Numbered from the whole stretch's first letter, positions 1 through 9,985 are shown. The stretch is 59,910 bases of DNA, filler included, from 4 parts of 4 records of this genome joined end to end with filler, not necessarily neighbours in it, one strand, 5' to 3'. Translations and numbers: made by a program. Notes: generated by a model from the letters alone, not told the origin.

Positions 1-54
1 CAGGTGTTGCACTCAGTTTCTGCGGCCAAGAAACGTTTAGAGCAGGTAAATGCC

Positions 55-90
55 CAGCGGCCTCTTTTATGGAGGCCGTTGTTGTTCTGT
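55..90 (+). terminator. Probable intrinsic terminator upstream of the ABC operon
   Basis: Stem CAGCGGCCTC (55-64) / GAGGCCGTTG (72-81), followed by T-rich TTGTTCTGT. Confidence 0.5.
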
Positions 91-303
91 TAAGTAATTT
101 TCCTCTTTTCCTTTTGCTCAAACCTTGCTGTGGAATGACATGCTTGTCGTCGTGTTCATGCAATAAAACAAAATAACCAGTTTGGTCATTTCAACACTTC
201 GGCTACGTTGTGTCAGAACAAAGCTCGGCAGTAAGCTCCAAACCCAGGCTTGCATAGCCTGCAGGCTAAAAAACAATTACTAAAAAACGCTAGGAGAAAC
301 GCA

Positions 304-1242
304 ATGTTCAAGAAAACCGCTATTGCCGCGTCGATCATTATGATGCCTATCATGACGGCGCAGGCTGAAGATACCTATCGCATTGGTATTACTCAGAACA
401 ACGTTGGTGTTGACAGTTACCAGACAACCTATGAAAGCGCCTTTGAGCAAGCGGCAGCCGAAATGGGTAATGTTGAGATAGTTGTGCTGGATGCTGGAGG
501 TGACGTTGCACGCCAGATCGGTCAGGTGCGCAATCTGATCCAGCAGCAGATGGACGCCATCATTATCTGGCCAACCAACGGACAGGCCGTTATTCCTGCT
601 ATACGCCAAGCACATAATGCCGGTATTCCGGTGGTCGTCACTAACTCTAAAATTGCTGAAGCGGGACTTGAGTTCATCGCTGCCTTCTCTGGCCCAGATA
701 ATGTCCAGCAAGGTATTTCGTCTGCGGAAATGATGTGTGATGCCCTGGAAGGTGAAGGCCAGATCGTACAAGTTTCTGGCCAGCCGGGTTATACCACCGC
801 CATGGAGCGTGCTGCCGGTTTCGAAGACCGCCTAGCTGAAATGTGTCCAGGGGTTGAACTACTGGAAACACAGCCTGGCAACTGGAACCGCGAGCGAGCT
901 CAGCGGGTTATGGAAGATTTTTTGACCAAATATGACCGCATTGACGGCGTTTATTCTGGTGATGACAACATGGGGGTCGGTGCACTTAATGCAGCAAAAG
1001 GCGCGGGCCGAGCCGATGACATTATTTTCATAGGAGCCACCAATTTCGCTGTTGGTTACGACGCGATCGAGCGTGGCGAGTATTACGGTTCTATCTATCA
1101 GTCTCCTGTAGATGATGCGGAAGCCGCCCTACAAACTGCCCTGGACGTATTAGCTGGCGAAGAAGTACCAAAAATGAACTTCTTTGAGACTCCAAAAATC
1201 ACCGCTGACAACGTCAGTGAGTTCGATCGCCCCGTTTTCTGA
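304..1242 (+). CDS. Sugar ABC transporter periplasmic binding protein (ribose/RbsB-like, class I)
   Basis: AGGAGA RBS before ATG 304; signal peptide MFKKTAIAASII...AQA; motifs DAIIIWP, GIPVV, GNWNRERA, DDNMGVGA. Confidence 0.9.
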   Translation: MFKKTAIAASIIMMPIMTAQAEDTYRIGITQNNVGVDSYQTTYESAFEQAAAEMGNVEIVVLDAGGDVARQIGQVRNLIQQQMDAIIIWPTNGQAVIPAIRQAHNAGIPVVVTNSKIAEAGLEFIAAFSGPDNVQQGISSAEMMCDALEGEGQIVQVSGQPGYTTAMERAAGFEDRLAEMCPGVELLETQPGNWNRERAQRVMEDFLTKYDRIDGVYSGDDNMGVGALNAAKGAGRADDIIFIGATNFAVGYDAIERGEYYGSIYQSPVDDAEAALQTALDVLAGEEVPKMNFFETPKITADNVSEFDRPVF

Positions 1243-1414
1243 GGCCAAGCATGCCACCCAGAACGATGCGTGCTTAATGCGCCGTCTCTGGGAACCAGCA
1301 TGTGCCTGAAAGCAGGGTTCCTTCGCCGGGGGGCACGGTAAGCGTCACTGGATGGCATGCATGTCCATTGTCCTAACCGGTGTTTTCCGAGGTGATTTTA
1401 TACAGGTGATTAGC

Positions 1415-2425
1415 ATGGCTACCGCAGAACAATCAAAATCCAGGCTGTCGTCAGGAAAACTCAGCAAGGCAGGCGTCATGAGTTTTCTATCGGCGCAGGG
1501 AATTCTAATTTTTTTCCTGCTCGGCATGTTCGTTTTTTCATTTTTTTCTGAGCAGTTTCTCTCCCAGTCGAACATTATGACCGTGATCCGCCAGGCCTCC
1601 ATTATTGGCATCATAGCAGTTGGTGTCACGGTGGTGATCATTGGCGGTAATCTGGATCTGTCCGTCGGGTCAATGCTGTCGTTTTCAACCGTTCTGGTGG
1701 TGGATCTGCATGACAAGGTCGGTCCCATCAATGCTATTTTGCTGATGTTTGCTCTGACCTTGATGACCGGCGCGGTCAATGGGTTTCTGATCGGCTTTCT
1801 GCGCCTTAACTCTCTGATTGTGACGCTGGCCATGCTGTCAGCGATTCAAGGTCTTGTACTGATCTACAGCGGTGGTCAGAACGTCGATATTGCCGACCAG
1901 GAAGGGACCTGGTTTGCCTTCTTCGGGCGAGGTTATCTTGGCGGTATTGCCGTGCCAATCCTGTTATTCGGGCTCTTGGCCATTGTGGTGCAGATTGTCA
2001 TGTCACGTACCGGATACGGCCGCTGCATCTTTGCGGTTGGCGGCAACCCCATGGCGGTTGTCTATTCCGGTATTCGTAAAAACTGGTGTGTTTTCAGCAC
2101 CTATCTGATCTCTGCCTTTTGTGTGGCGTGTGCGGCACTGGTGCTTGGTTCACGGGTAATGGGCTCCCAGAATAACGTCGGTCAAGGCTACGAGTTGCTG
2201 GTGCTGGCCGGGATTATCCTCGGTGGAACGAGTTTGCTGGGCGGTTCGGGCAGTATCTGGAAAACAGTGATTGGCGTACTGATCCTAGGTTTCATTCAGA
2301 ACGGACTGCTGCTGATGGGTTACCCCTACTACATCCAGTGGATCGTTACCTGGGTGATCATCATCCTGGCCGTATGGCTGGATCTTGCTAACAAGCGCAA
2401 ACGCTTGTTGACGACCCATTCATAA
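1415..2425 (+). CDS. Sugar ABC transporter permease (RbsC-like)
   Basis: Hydrophobic helices; GNLDLSVGS, GRCIFAVGGNP, YELLVLAGIILGGTSL; start moved to ATG 1415 after AGGTGA. Confidence 0.9.
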   Translation: MATAEQSKSRLSSGKLSKAGVMSFLSAQGILIFFLLGMFVFSFFSEQFLSQSNIMTVIRQASIIGIIAVGVTVVIIGGNLDLSVGSMLSFSTVLVVDLHDKVGPINAILLMFALTLMTGAVNGFLIGFLRLNSLIVTLAMLSAIQGLVLIYSGGQNVDIADQEGTWFAFFGRGYLGGIAVPILLFGLLAIVVQIVMSRTGYGRCIFAVGGNPMAVVYSGIRKNWCVFSTYLISAFCVACAALVLGSRVMGSQNNVGQGYELLVLAGIILGGTSLLGGSGSIWKTVIGVLILGFIQNGLLLMGYPYYIQWIVTWVIIILAVWLDLANKRKRLLTTHS

Positions 2426-2441
2426 CGCGGAGGAATGACAT

Positions 2442-3401
2442 ATGACATCGATTAAAGGATTCTTCCGTGGCAGAACGAAGCTTCAGCCTATCTGGATCTT
2501 CGTCATCGCTATCTTCATCTTTTTCAGCTTCATGTCGGAGTACTTTCTGTCGTGGGGCAATATCACCAACATTCTGGTGCAAACCTCGACCATTGGCCTG
2601 ATCGCGCTGGGTATGACGCTGGTCATGATCAACGGCAATATCGACTTGTCCGTTGGAGCGACCCTGGGACTTGCGGCGTCTCTGACCGTAGGGTTGCAGG
2701 ATATCAGCATGACGCTTGCGATTGCGGCGGCTCTGGGGGCTGGCATACTGCTTGGTGCGATCAACGGTCTGATTGTATGGAAAACTGGTGTTAACGCTTT
2801 TATCGTCACACTTGGCGCCATGTTAGGGGTGCGCGGGCTACTCTTCCTTTATACCGAGGAGCAATCCTTTTACGCCACCAACTTTGCCTTTTCCGATTTT
2901 GGCATGAGCTCCATTGGGCCAATGCCTGTGCTCGCCATTATCTTTCTGGCTTGTGTCCTCATCATGCATCTTGTGCTGACACGCACCAGCCATGGCCGTA
3001 ACACCTTTGCGGTGGGTGGCAATCCAGAGGCTTCAATTGATGCTGGGATCCGTCTTGGTCGCCACATGATGATCAATTTCATTATCGTGGGTTTCTTTGC
3101 GGCGCTGGCGGGTGTGCTGTTGTCGAGCCAGATGGGGGCATCAACGCCCAATCTGGGGCGTGATTACGAACTCTGGGTCATTACGGCGGTGGTGCTGGGT
3201 GGCACCAAGCTGACCGGCGGATACGGCAGCATCCTCGGTACCTTAGGGGGCGTGCTGGCCATCGGAATTCTGCGTAATGGTATGAATTTAATGCAGGTGC
3301 CCGCTTTCTACGTGCTGGTGGTGCTCGGCGTCATCCTCATTTCCGTCCTGATTATCGATAAAAAGGTGAATGCACCCTCAACCAAGGAGGTGCGGATATG
3401 A
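2442..3401 (+). CDS. Second sugar ABC transporter permease (RbsC-like)
   Basis: GGAGGA RBS; GNIDLSVGA, GRNTFAVGGNPEAS, YELWVITAVVLGGT. Confidence 0.9.
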   Translation: MTSIKGFFRGRTKLQPIWIFVIAIFIFFSFMSEYFLSWGNITNILVQTSTIGLIALGMTLVMINGNIDLSVGATLGLAASLTVGLQDISMTLAIAAALGAGILLGAINGLIVWKTGVNAFIVTLGAMLGVRGLLFLYTEEQSFYATNFAFSDFGMSSIGPMPVLAIIFLACVLIMHLVLTRTSHGRNTFAVGGNPEASIDAGIRLGRHMMINFIIVGFFAALAGVLLSSQMGASTPNLGRDYELWVITAVVLGGTKLTGGYGSILGTLGGVLAIGILRNGMNLMQVPAFYVLVVLGVILISVLIIDKKVNAPSTKEVRI

Positions 3402-4939
3402 ATGCTTCCACTCAGTCACGCCAGCCGATCAATGCGGAACCGATTCTTCGCCTGGAAGGCATCACCAAGCGTTTTCCAGGCGTGGTCGCCTTAAATAAAG
3501 TGGACTTTGATGTTCGCCCTGGTGAGGTTCATGCCTTGCTAGGAGAAAACGGCGCCGGTAAGTCCACTCTGATGAAGGTGCTGGCCGGTAAGCATAAGGC
3601 CAATGAAGGCAGGATTATCCTCGGTGGTCAGGAGATGGCTTTCGAGAACCCCAAGCATGCCAAGCGGGCAGGGGTCGTTCTGATCCATCAGGAACAGTCC
3701 TTAGTACCTGAAATGACAGTGGCGGAAAACATCTTTCTTGGCAGCCTGCCAAGGAAACCGTTCAACCGTGTTGACTGGCGTAAGCTGCGCGAAGATACCA
3801 ACAAGATTCTTGAAACACTCAAGTGTGGTTTTCAGCACGATGACATGGTGGGATCGCTGTCGATTGCCAAGAAGCAGATGGTCGAGATTGGCCGTGCGCT
3901 GGCATTCACCCCGCAGGTCGTGGTGTTTGATGAGCCCACAGCGTCGCTGACGGACCATGAAAAGCCGGTGCTTTATGACGTGATCAACTCGCTGTGCGAA
4001 CAGGGTGTGGGAATTGTGTATATCTCCCACCGCATGGACGAGATATTCCACCTGTCGCATCGCATTTCGGTGCTGCGCGATGGTGAATACACCGGCACTG
4101 TGAATACGGCGGATACCAACGAAGACGAAATCACCCGGATGATGATCGGCCGCAGCCTGGAGCTTGACCATGCCAGCAAGCCCGCTGATTTCGGCGACAA
4201 CCTGTTGGAAGTGCGCAACCTGTCGGTCAAGCGCGTTTTCAGTGATGTCAGCTTCAATGTCCGTAAGGGTGAGATTGTGGGCATGTATGGCCTGGTGGGC
4301 GCGGGGCGTTCAGAGGTCGCTGAGACGGTCTTCGGGTTGCGTACGCCTTCTGGTGGTGAGGTGGTGCTGGATGGCAAGACGGTCAACTTCCGCAGTGCAC
4401 ACGATGCGGTGGCCAGTGGGATTGCTTTAGTGCCCGAGGATCGCAAGGACCAGGGGCTGATTCTGGGTATGAACTGTCGCGATAATATGACATTGGCGGG
4501 GCTTTCCAGTGTGTCCTCCATGGGGTTCATGCAGGGGCATAAAGAGCGCGTGGTGTATGACAAATATCACCAGGCGATGAAAATCAAAACCCCCAGCTGG
4601 CGCCAGAAGGTCGGCAACCTGAGTGGTGGTAACCAGCAGAAGATCGTTATTGGCAAGTGGCTGCACACCCATCCCAAGCTGTTGATTCTGGATGAGCCGA
4701 CACGCGGTATTGATGTCGGGTCCAAGGCGGAAATTCATACGCTGGTCAAAGACCTGGCGAAATCCGGCTATGCGGTGCTGGTGATTTCTTCAGAAATGCC
4801 GGAAGTACTGGGGCTGAGTAACCGTATTATCGCCATGTATGACGGCCGCGTCACCGCTGAATTTGATGGTGACAACGTCAGTGAAGATGAACTGGTTCAG
4901 GCCATTACCGGAATGGGTAAGCAGGCACAGGCGAGCTAG
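3398..4939 (+). CDS. Sugar ABC transporter ATP-binding protein (RbsA-like, two ABC domains)
   Basis: Walker A GENGAGKST; DEPT twice; LSGGNQQK signature; ATGA overlap with the upstream permease. Confidence 0.95.
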   Translation: MNASTQSRQPINAEPILRLEGITKRFPGVVALNKVDFDVRPGEVHALLGENGAGKSTLMKVLAGKHKANEGRIILGGQEMAFENPKHAKRAGVVLIHQEQSLVPEMTVAENIFLGSLPRKPFNRVDWRKLREDTNKILETLKCGFQHDDMVGSLSIAKKQMVEIGRALAFTPQVVVFDEPTASLTDHEKPVLYDVINSLCEQGVGIVYISHRMDEIFHLSHRISVLRDGEYTGTVNTADTNEDEITRMMIGRSLELDHASKPADFGDNLLEVRNLSVKRVFSDVSFNVRKGEIVGMYGLVGAGRSEVAETVFGLRTPSGGEVVLDGKTVNFRSAHDAVASGIALVPEDRKDQGLILGMNCRDNMTLAGLSSVSSMGFMQGHKERVVYDKYHQAMKIKTPSWRQKVGNLSGGNQQKIVIGKWLHTHPKLLILDEPTRGIDVGSKAEIHTLVKDLAKSGYAVLVISSEMPEVLGLSNRIIAMYDGRVTAEFDGDNVSEDELVQAITGMGKQAQAS

Positions 4940-5016
4940 CCTGCCTGTCTGTGAGTGATGCGCTCCTCTCCACACGGAGCGCATCCACACCACTTCAAAC
5001 GTATAAGGAAAGTTCC

Positions 5017-6096
5017 ATGCAACCTTTTGTTTATAATGGCCTGCCATCCCGCGTGGTATTTGGCCAGGGAACCCTGTCACGTCTGAGTGAAGAACTTGAG
5101 TTGCTCGGCTGTTCTCGTGCCCTGGTACTGGCGACGCCGCAGCAGCAACAGCAGGCTCAGGATGTATTAAAGCAGCTGGGTGACAAGGGCATCGATGTCT
5201 ATGCCCAGGCTGCCATGCACACGCCGGTGGATATCACGGAAGATGCCTTGCAACGGGTCAAGTCGCTTGACGTGGATTGCACGGTTGCCATCGGTGGTGG
5301 CTCAACCATCGGGCTGGGCAAAGCGATTGCCCTGCGCACTGGCCTGGCTCAGGTGGTCATTCCGACCACCTATGCCGGGTCGGAAATGACCCCGATTCTT
5401 GGCGAGACCCAAAACGGAGAGAAAACCACCCAGCGTACCCTGGACGTTCTGCCGGAAACGGTGATCTATGATGTCGATCTTACGCTGACCTTGCCGACGG
5501 GAATGTCAGGCACCAGTGGTATCAACGCCATTGCCCATGCCGTTGAAGCGCTGTATGCCCGTGATGGTAATCCGGTCATTACACTGATGGCAGAAGAAGG
5601 CATTGCCGCCCTGGGCAGAAGCCTGCCCGTCATTGCCAATGACCCTTCCAATATCGAGGCGCGGGCAGATGCCCTCTATGGCGCCTGGTTATGCGGTGCC
5701 TGTCTGGGCTCGGTGGGTATGTCACTGCATCACAAGCTATGCCATACCCTGGGTGGCTCCTTCAATCTTCCTCACGCAGAAACGCACACGATCGTGTTGC
5801 CTTATGCCGTGGCTTACAACGCCCCGGCGGCACCGGATGCCATGACACGTATCTGTCGTGCCCTGGGCTGCGACGATGCCGCCACTGGCCTTTATGACCT
5901 GGGGCGTGCCGTTGGTGCGCCAAGCGCGCTCTCTGAACTCGGGTTTAGCGTGGAAGACGTTGAACGTGCCACTGAGATTGCCACTCGTAACCCGTACTGG
6001 AATCCACGCGACGTGGAAGCCAATGGCATTCGTCGTTTGTTGAGCGATGCCCAATCCGGGCGTCGGCCACAGGCAGATAACGGGGGTGAGCAATGA
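5017..6096 (+). CDS. Maleylacetate reductase (iron-containing ADH superfamily)
   Basis: SRVVFGQG, GGGSTIGLGKAIA, PTTYAGSE, NAIAHAVEALY, LHHKLCHTLGG, LPHAETH; AAGGA RBS before ATG 5017. Confidence 0.9.
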   Translation: MQPFVYNGLPSRVVFGQGTLSRLSEELELLGCSRALVLATPQQQQQAQDVLKQLGDKGIDVYAQAAMHTPVDITEDALQRVKSLDVDCTVAIGGGSTIGLGKAIALRTGLAQVVIPTTYAGSEMTPILGETQNGEKTTQRTLDVLPETVIYDVDLTLTLPTGMSGTSGINAIAHAVEALYARDGNPVITLMAEEGIAALGRSLPVIANDPSNIEARADALYGAWLCGACLGSVGMSLHHKLCHTLGGSFNLPHAETHTIVLPYAVAYNAPAAPDAMTRICRALGCDDAATGLYDLGRAVGAPSALSELGFSVEDVERATEIATRNPYWNPRDVEANGIRRLLSDAQSGRRPQADNGGEQ

Positions 6097-7475
6097 AAAC
6101 CCTGTTGATCAACGCCAGTATTGTCACCATGGACCCGCAGTTAGGCGAACTCAGCGACGGTCAGTTGCTGATTGAGGATGACCGTATTGCTGCCGTGGGC
6201 CATGACCTGACGAATGACGCCAGAGTGAAGGACGCCGAGGTTATTGACTGTGGCGGCGGCATCCTGATTCCTGGTCTGGTGAATGCCCATATGCACACCT
6301 GGCAGACCGGCCTGCGTGGCGTGGCGGCCAACTGGACGCTGTTGGAATATTTTCGTCATGTGCACCGCGGGCTGGCGGCCCTGTTCACGCCGGACGATAT
6401 CTATATTGCGACCCGCATGGGCGCCATCAACCAGCTTAATTGCGGCACCACCACACTGGGTGACTGGTGCCACAATAACCCGACGCCCGAGCATACCGAT
6501 GCTGCCGTGCGTGGGCTGAAGGAATCGGGGATTCGTGCCCTGTTCATGCACGGCTCGCCAAAGCCCGCCCCCAAACCCGGCCAGCCGCACTTTAGTGAAA
6601 TTCCCCACCCGCGCCATGAAATCGAGCGTTTGCTGGCAGGTGAGCTGTCTGACCCGAAAGGGCTTGTCACCTTGGGCATGGCGATTCTTGGGCCTCACTA
6701 TTCGACCCTGGATGTCACGCTGCAGGATTTTGCCCTGGCCAAGGAGTTCGACCTGGTGGCTTCCATGCACCAGGGCGGCGGCGAAGCCGTAGCACCCGGC
6801 GCCTGGGACGAAGTGGAAGCCCGTGGCCTGTTAGGGCCGGATATCAATATTGTGCATGGCCAGAGCCTGGATGATGGTCAGATGTCCCGGTTCTGTGCCA
6901 GCGGCGTGACCTTCTCGGTGGCGCCGGAAAACGAGATGACCCAGGGGCATGGTTTTCCGGTGACCGGGCTTGTGCGCCAACACGGCGGCGTGGTCTCACT
7001 GGGCGTGGATCTTGAGTCCGTGCTGTCTGGCGATATGTTCAGCGTGGCCCGTGCCGCTCTTGGCATGCAGCGTTCTCTGGATAACGATGCCTCGCGCCGT
7101 GAGCAGGGCAAGATCCCTGATACCTCGACGATTACCACCCGCGAAGCGCTGGGCTGGATCACCCTGGATGGCGCGAAAGCTCTTGGTCTTGATGACCGCA
7201 TTGGCAGCCTGACGCCCGGAAAACAGGCGGATCTGGTGCTGCTGGACAGTAACCAGCTGAATATGCAGCCGGTTAACGAGCTTGTTTCCACGGTGGTTAT
7301 GCAAACCAGCCTGGCCAACGTTGACAGCGTCATGGTGGCAGGGCAGTTCAAAAAACGCGGCGGCAAGCTATTGAGCGAAACCCGTCAGGGTATTGCTGAG
7401 CTTGCCAAATCCGGCCATCGAATTCATGCCGAACTGCTGGCACGTGAAGCGCAATCCACACAGGAGGCAACGTAA
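6093..7475 (+). CDS. Metal-dependent amidohydrolase (MTA/SAH deaminase / AtzA-TrzN-like superfamily), substrate unknown
   Basis: PGLVNAHMH metal motif, GTTT, SMH, VHG, LGVD, IGSLTPGKQADLV. Confidence 0.85.
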   Translation: MKTLLINASIVTMDPQLGELSDGQLLIEDDRIAAVGHDLTNDARVKDAEVIDCGGGILIPGLVNAHMHTWQTGLRGVAANWTLLEYFRHVHRGLAALFTPDDIYIATRMGAINQLNCGTTTLGDWCHNNPTPEHTDAAVRGLKESGIRALFMHGSPKPAPKPGQPHFSEIPHPRHEIERLLAGELSDPKGLVTLGMAILGPHYSTLDVTLQDFALAKEFDLVASMHQGGGEAVAPGAWDEVEARGLLGPDINIVHGQSLDDGQMSRFCASGVTFSVAPENEMTQGHGFPVTGLVRQHGGVVSLGVDLESVLSGDMFSVARAALGMQRSLDNDASRREQGKIPDTSTITTREALGWITLDGAKALGLDDRIGSLTPGKQADLVLLDSNQLNMQPVNELVSTVVMQTSLANVDSVMVAGQFKKRGGKLLSETRQGIAELAKSGHRIHAELLAREAQSTQEAT

Positions 7476-8405
7476 ATGTCCCATTCAACTGCCAACGTGG
7501 CCTGGGTAGGCCTGGGGAAACTTGGCTTGCCCATGGCCACCAGGATTCTTCAGGCAGGGACTGCCGTTCAGGGGTTTGATCTTTCGGCGCAGCGCCTGGC
7601 GCTCGCCGAAGACATAGGGATTACCCCGCATCAATCGCTTGCCAGCGCCGTGGCGGAGTGTGGCCTGGTGTTTGTCTCCATTCCCGATGACCAGGCACTG
7701 ATCAGCCTGTGCCTTGATTCGGGTGAGCTTATTCGTCACATGACGCCCGGCAGCATTCTGATTGAAACCAGCACGGTGAGTGTTGAAGCCTCGGCGCGAG
7801 TAGCCGAAGCCGCAGAGGCCCAGGGCATTGCCTATTTGCGCAGTCCGGTATCCGGCAACCCGGTGGCAGCAGAGGCCGGTACGCTGTCGGCGATGGTGTC
7901 TGGCCCACGCGATGCATTGGAAACGGCGAAACCTGTGTTTGACGCCTTTACCAAGGCGCAGTACTGGCTGGGCGATGAAGAGCAGGCCCGGGTCGCCAAG
8001 CTTGCGATCAACCTGATGATTGCCGTGAGTGCTGGCATGATGAGTGAAGCCTTGACGCTGGCGCGTAAAGGCAACATTGAATGGGACGCCATGCTGGAGC
8101 TGATTTCTGACAGTGCAGTCGGGTCGCCTATGGTGAAGTACAAGGTGCCACCCCTTTCCCAGCGTGATTTCACCTCGACGTTTTCCTCTGCCCAGATGGC
8201 CAAGGATCTTGATTTGATCCTCGACTGTGCTCATGGCTCAGGCGTATCAACACCCCTGGCCGCGCAGATGCGTGAAGCCTATACCGCGCTCATCGCCACC
8301 GGGCATGGCGACGATGACTATATTGCGACGGTGCATCATACCGAGCGCCTTTCCGGGTTGGGTGAACCAACACCTTCAGAGAATGGAGGGCAATCACATG
8401 CGTAA
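7476..8405 (+). CDS. NAD(P)-dependent beta-hydroxyacid dehydrogenase (3-hydroxyisobutyrate dehydrogenase family)
   Basis: Rossmann motif VGLGKLG, ETST, SPVSG, catalytic-Lys motif AKLAIN, MAKDLDL. Confidence 0.85.
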   Translation: MSHSTANVAWVGLGKLGLPMATRILQAGTAVQGFDLSAQRLALAEDIGITPHQSLASAVAECGLVFVSIPDDQALISLCLDSGELIRHMTPGSILIETSTVSVEASARVAEAAEAQGIAYLRSPVSGNPVAAEAGTLSAMVSGPRDALETAKPVFDAFTKAQYWLGDEEQARVAKLAINLMIAVSAGMMSEALTLARKGNIEWDAMLELISDSAVGSPMVKYKVPPLSQRDFTSTFSSAQMAKDLDLILDCAHGSGVSTPLAAQMREAYTALIATGHGDDDYIATVHHTERLSGLGEPTPSENGGQSHA

Positions 8406-9261
8406 TTTAACCACCGACAATATCACCCAGGCGGTGATGGATGAGTTTGCAGGCTGTGATGATGAACGGCTGAAAACGCTGCTCAATGGTCTGGTGAAAC
8501 ACCTGCATGCCTATCTGCGCGAGGTGGAGCCCACTGAGAAAGAGTGGACCCAGGCAATTGAGTTTCTCACCCGTGCAGGGCAAATGTGCGATGACGAACG
8601 CCAGGAATTCATCCTGCTGTCTGACACCCTCGGCGTGACGATGCTGGTGGATGCCATTAACCATGCATCAAGCGACCCCAAAATTACCGAAAGCACCGTG
8701 CTGGGGCCTTTCTACGTGGCAGATCCACCTCAGGCGAACCAGGGGGATGCCATTAACTGGGGCGTTGAAGGGGAGCCCTTATTTGTCGAGGGGTATGTAT
8801 ACGATGCTGAGGGTAAACCGCTGGCTGATGTCACCATTGATGTCTGGCAGTCCGACAGTGAAGGCTTCTATGACGTTCAGAAGCCGGAGCTTGAAAGTGC
8901 CTCATTACGCGCTCGCTTTCATACGGACAGCCAGGGCCATTATGCCTTCTGGACGGTGACACCTTCACCCTATCCGATTCCGACTGACGGGCCGGTCGGC
9001 AAAATGCTCGAAATCACGGGGCGCCATCCTTATCGCCCGGCCCACGTGCATTTCATGTTGATGGCACCAGGGTATGAAACCCTGGTCACCCAGATTTTCG
9101 CTGAGGATGACCCCTATCTTGATTCTGATGCGGTCTTTGGTGTGAAAGATTCACTTGTTAAGACTTTTGTTCAGCATCCGGCAGGCCAAGGGCCCGATGG
9201 TCGACCGATGGACACGCCTTACCGCTACTTTACTTATGACTTTGGCCTGAAAGCGTCCTGA
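8398..9261 (+). CDS. Hydroxyquinol 1,2-dioxygenase (intradiol ring-cleavage dioxygenase)
   Basis: GGAGG RBS; RQEFILLSDTLG, TESTVLGPFY, iron ligands GFYDVQ, PYPIP and RPAHVH, DSDAVFGVK; clustered with maleylacetate reductase. Confidence 0.9.
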   Translation: MRNLTTDNITQAVMDEFAGCDDERLKTLLNGLVKHLHAYLREVEPTEKEWTQAIEFLTRAGQMCDDERQEFILLSDTLGVTMLVDAINHASSDPKITESTVLGPFYVADPPQANQGDAINWGVEGEPLFVEGYVYDAEGKPLADVTIDVWQSDSEGFYDVQKPELESASLRARFHTDSQGHYAFWTVTPSPYPIPTDGPVGKMLEITGRHPYRPAHVHFMLMAPGYETLVTQIFAEDDPYLDSDAVFGVKDSLVKTFVQHPAGQGPDGRPMDTPYRYFTYDFGLKAS

Positions 9262-9281
9262 GGGCCGCTATCTGAAACGTC

Positions 9282-9302
9282 CGGCTCCTGTTGAGCCGTT
9301 TT
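9282..9302 (+). terminator. Short hairpin with T tract between the dioxygenase and nitroreductase genes
   Basis: CGGCTC-CTGTT-GAGCCG followed by TTTT. Confidence 0.35.
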
Positions 9303-9322
9303 ATACCAAGAGAGGAAACGAC

Positions 9323-9913
9323 ATGAGCAAGATTGATCAAGCCGCGATGGCAACACTATTTACCGAAGCACGCACCCACAACGTCTGGCAGGACCGTGAA
9401 GTCAGCGAAGACACTCTACGCGAACTGTATAACGTGATGCATTATGGCCCAACGTCCATGAACTGCCAGCCTGCGCGTATTCTCTTCCTCACCACTGATG
9501 AGGCAAAAGAGCGCCTGAAACCTGCGTTGCTGCCGGGCAACCAGGAAAAAACCATGAAAGCGCCTGTGGTCGCCGTGCTCGGTTTTGATACGGAATTCTA
9601 TGAGTACCTGCCGCGCATGTTTGCCCATAACAAAGATGCCAAGTCGTTGTTCGAAGGTAAGCCGGATTTCATCCACTCCACGGCGTTCCGCAATAGCTCC
9701 ATACAGGGCGGCTACCTCATTTTAGCGGCACGCGCCCTCGGCCTGGATGCTGGCCCGATGTCGGGTTTCAATAACGCTGCCGTTGATGAACAGTTCTTCC
9801 CGGACGGCAAGGTAAAGAGCAACTTCCTGTGTAACCTGGGCTACGGCGATGCCAGTGCCCTGTTCCCACGTGGTGATCGCTTCGCCTTTGACGAAGTGTG
9901 CCAGGTGCTCTAA
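9323..9913 (+). CDS. Nitroreductase family protein, HadB/RutE subfamily (probable quinone reductase)
   Basis: LFTEARTHN, GPTSMNCQPAR, AFRNSSIQGGYLILAARALGLDAGPMSGF, SNFLCNLGYGD. Confidence 0.85.
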   Translation: MSKIDQAAMATLFTEARTHNVWQDREVSEDTLRELYNVMHYGPTSMNCQPARILFLTTDEAKERLKPALLPGNQEKTMKAPVVAVLGFDTEFYEYLPRMFAHNKDAKSLFEGKPDFIHSTAFRNSSIQGGYLILAARALGLDAGPMSGFNNAAVDEQFFPDGKVKSNFLCNLGYGDASALFPRGDRFAFDEVCQVL

Positions 9914-9985
9914 CAACGACTCTGACAAGTACTATAAACCTGTCGGATTAAACTTCTGGCAGGTGGATGAGTTAGTTACTCGCGT

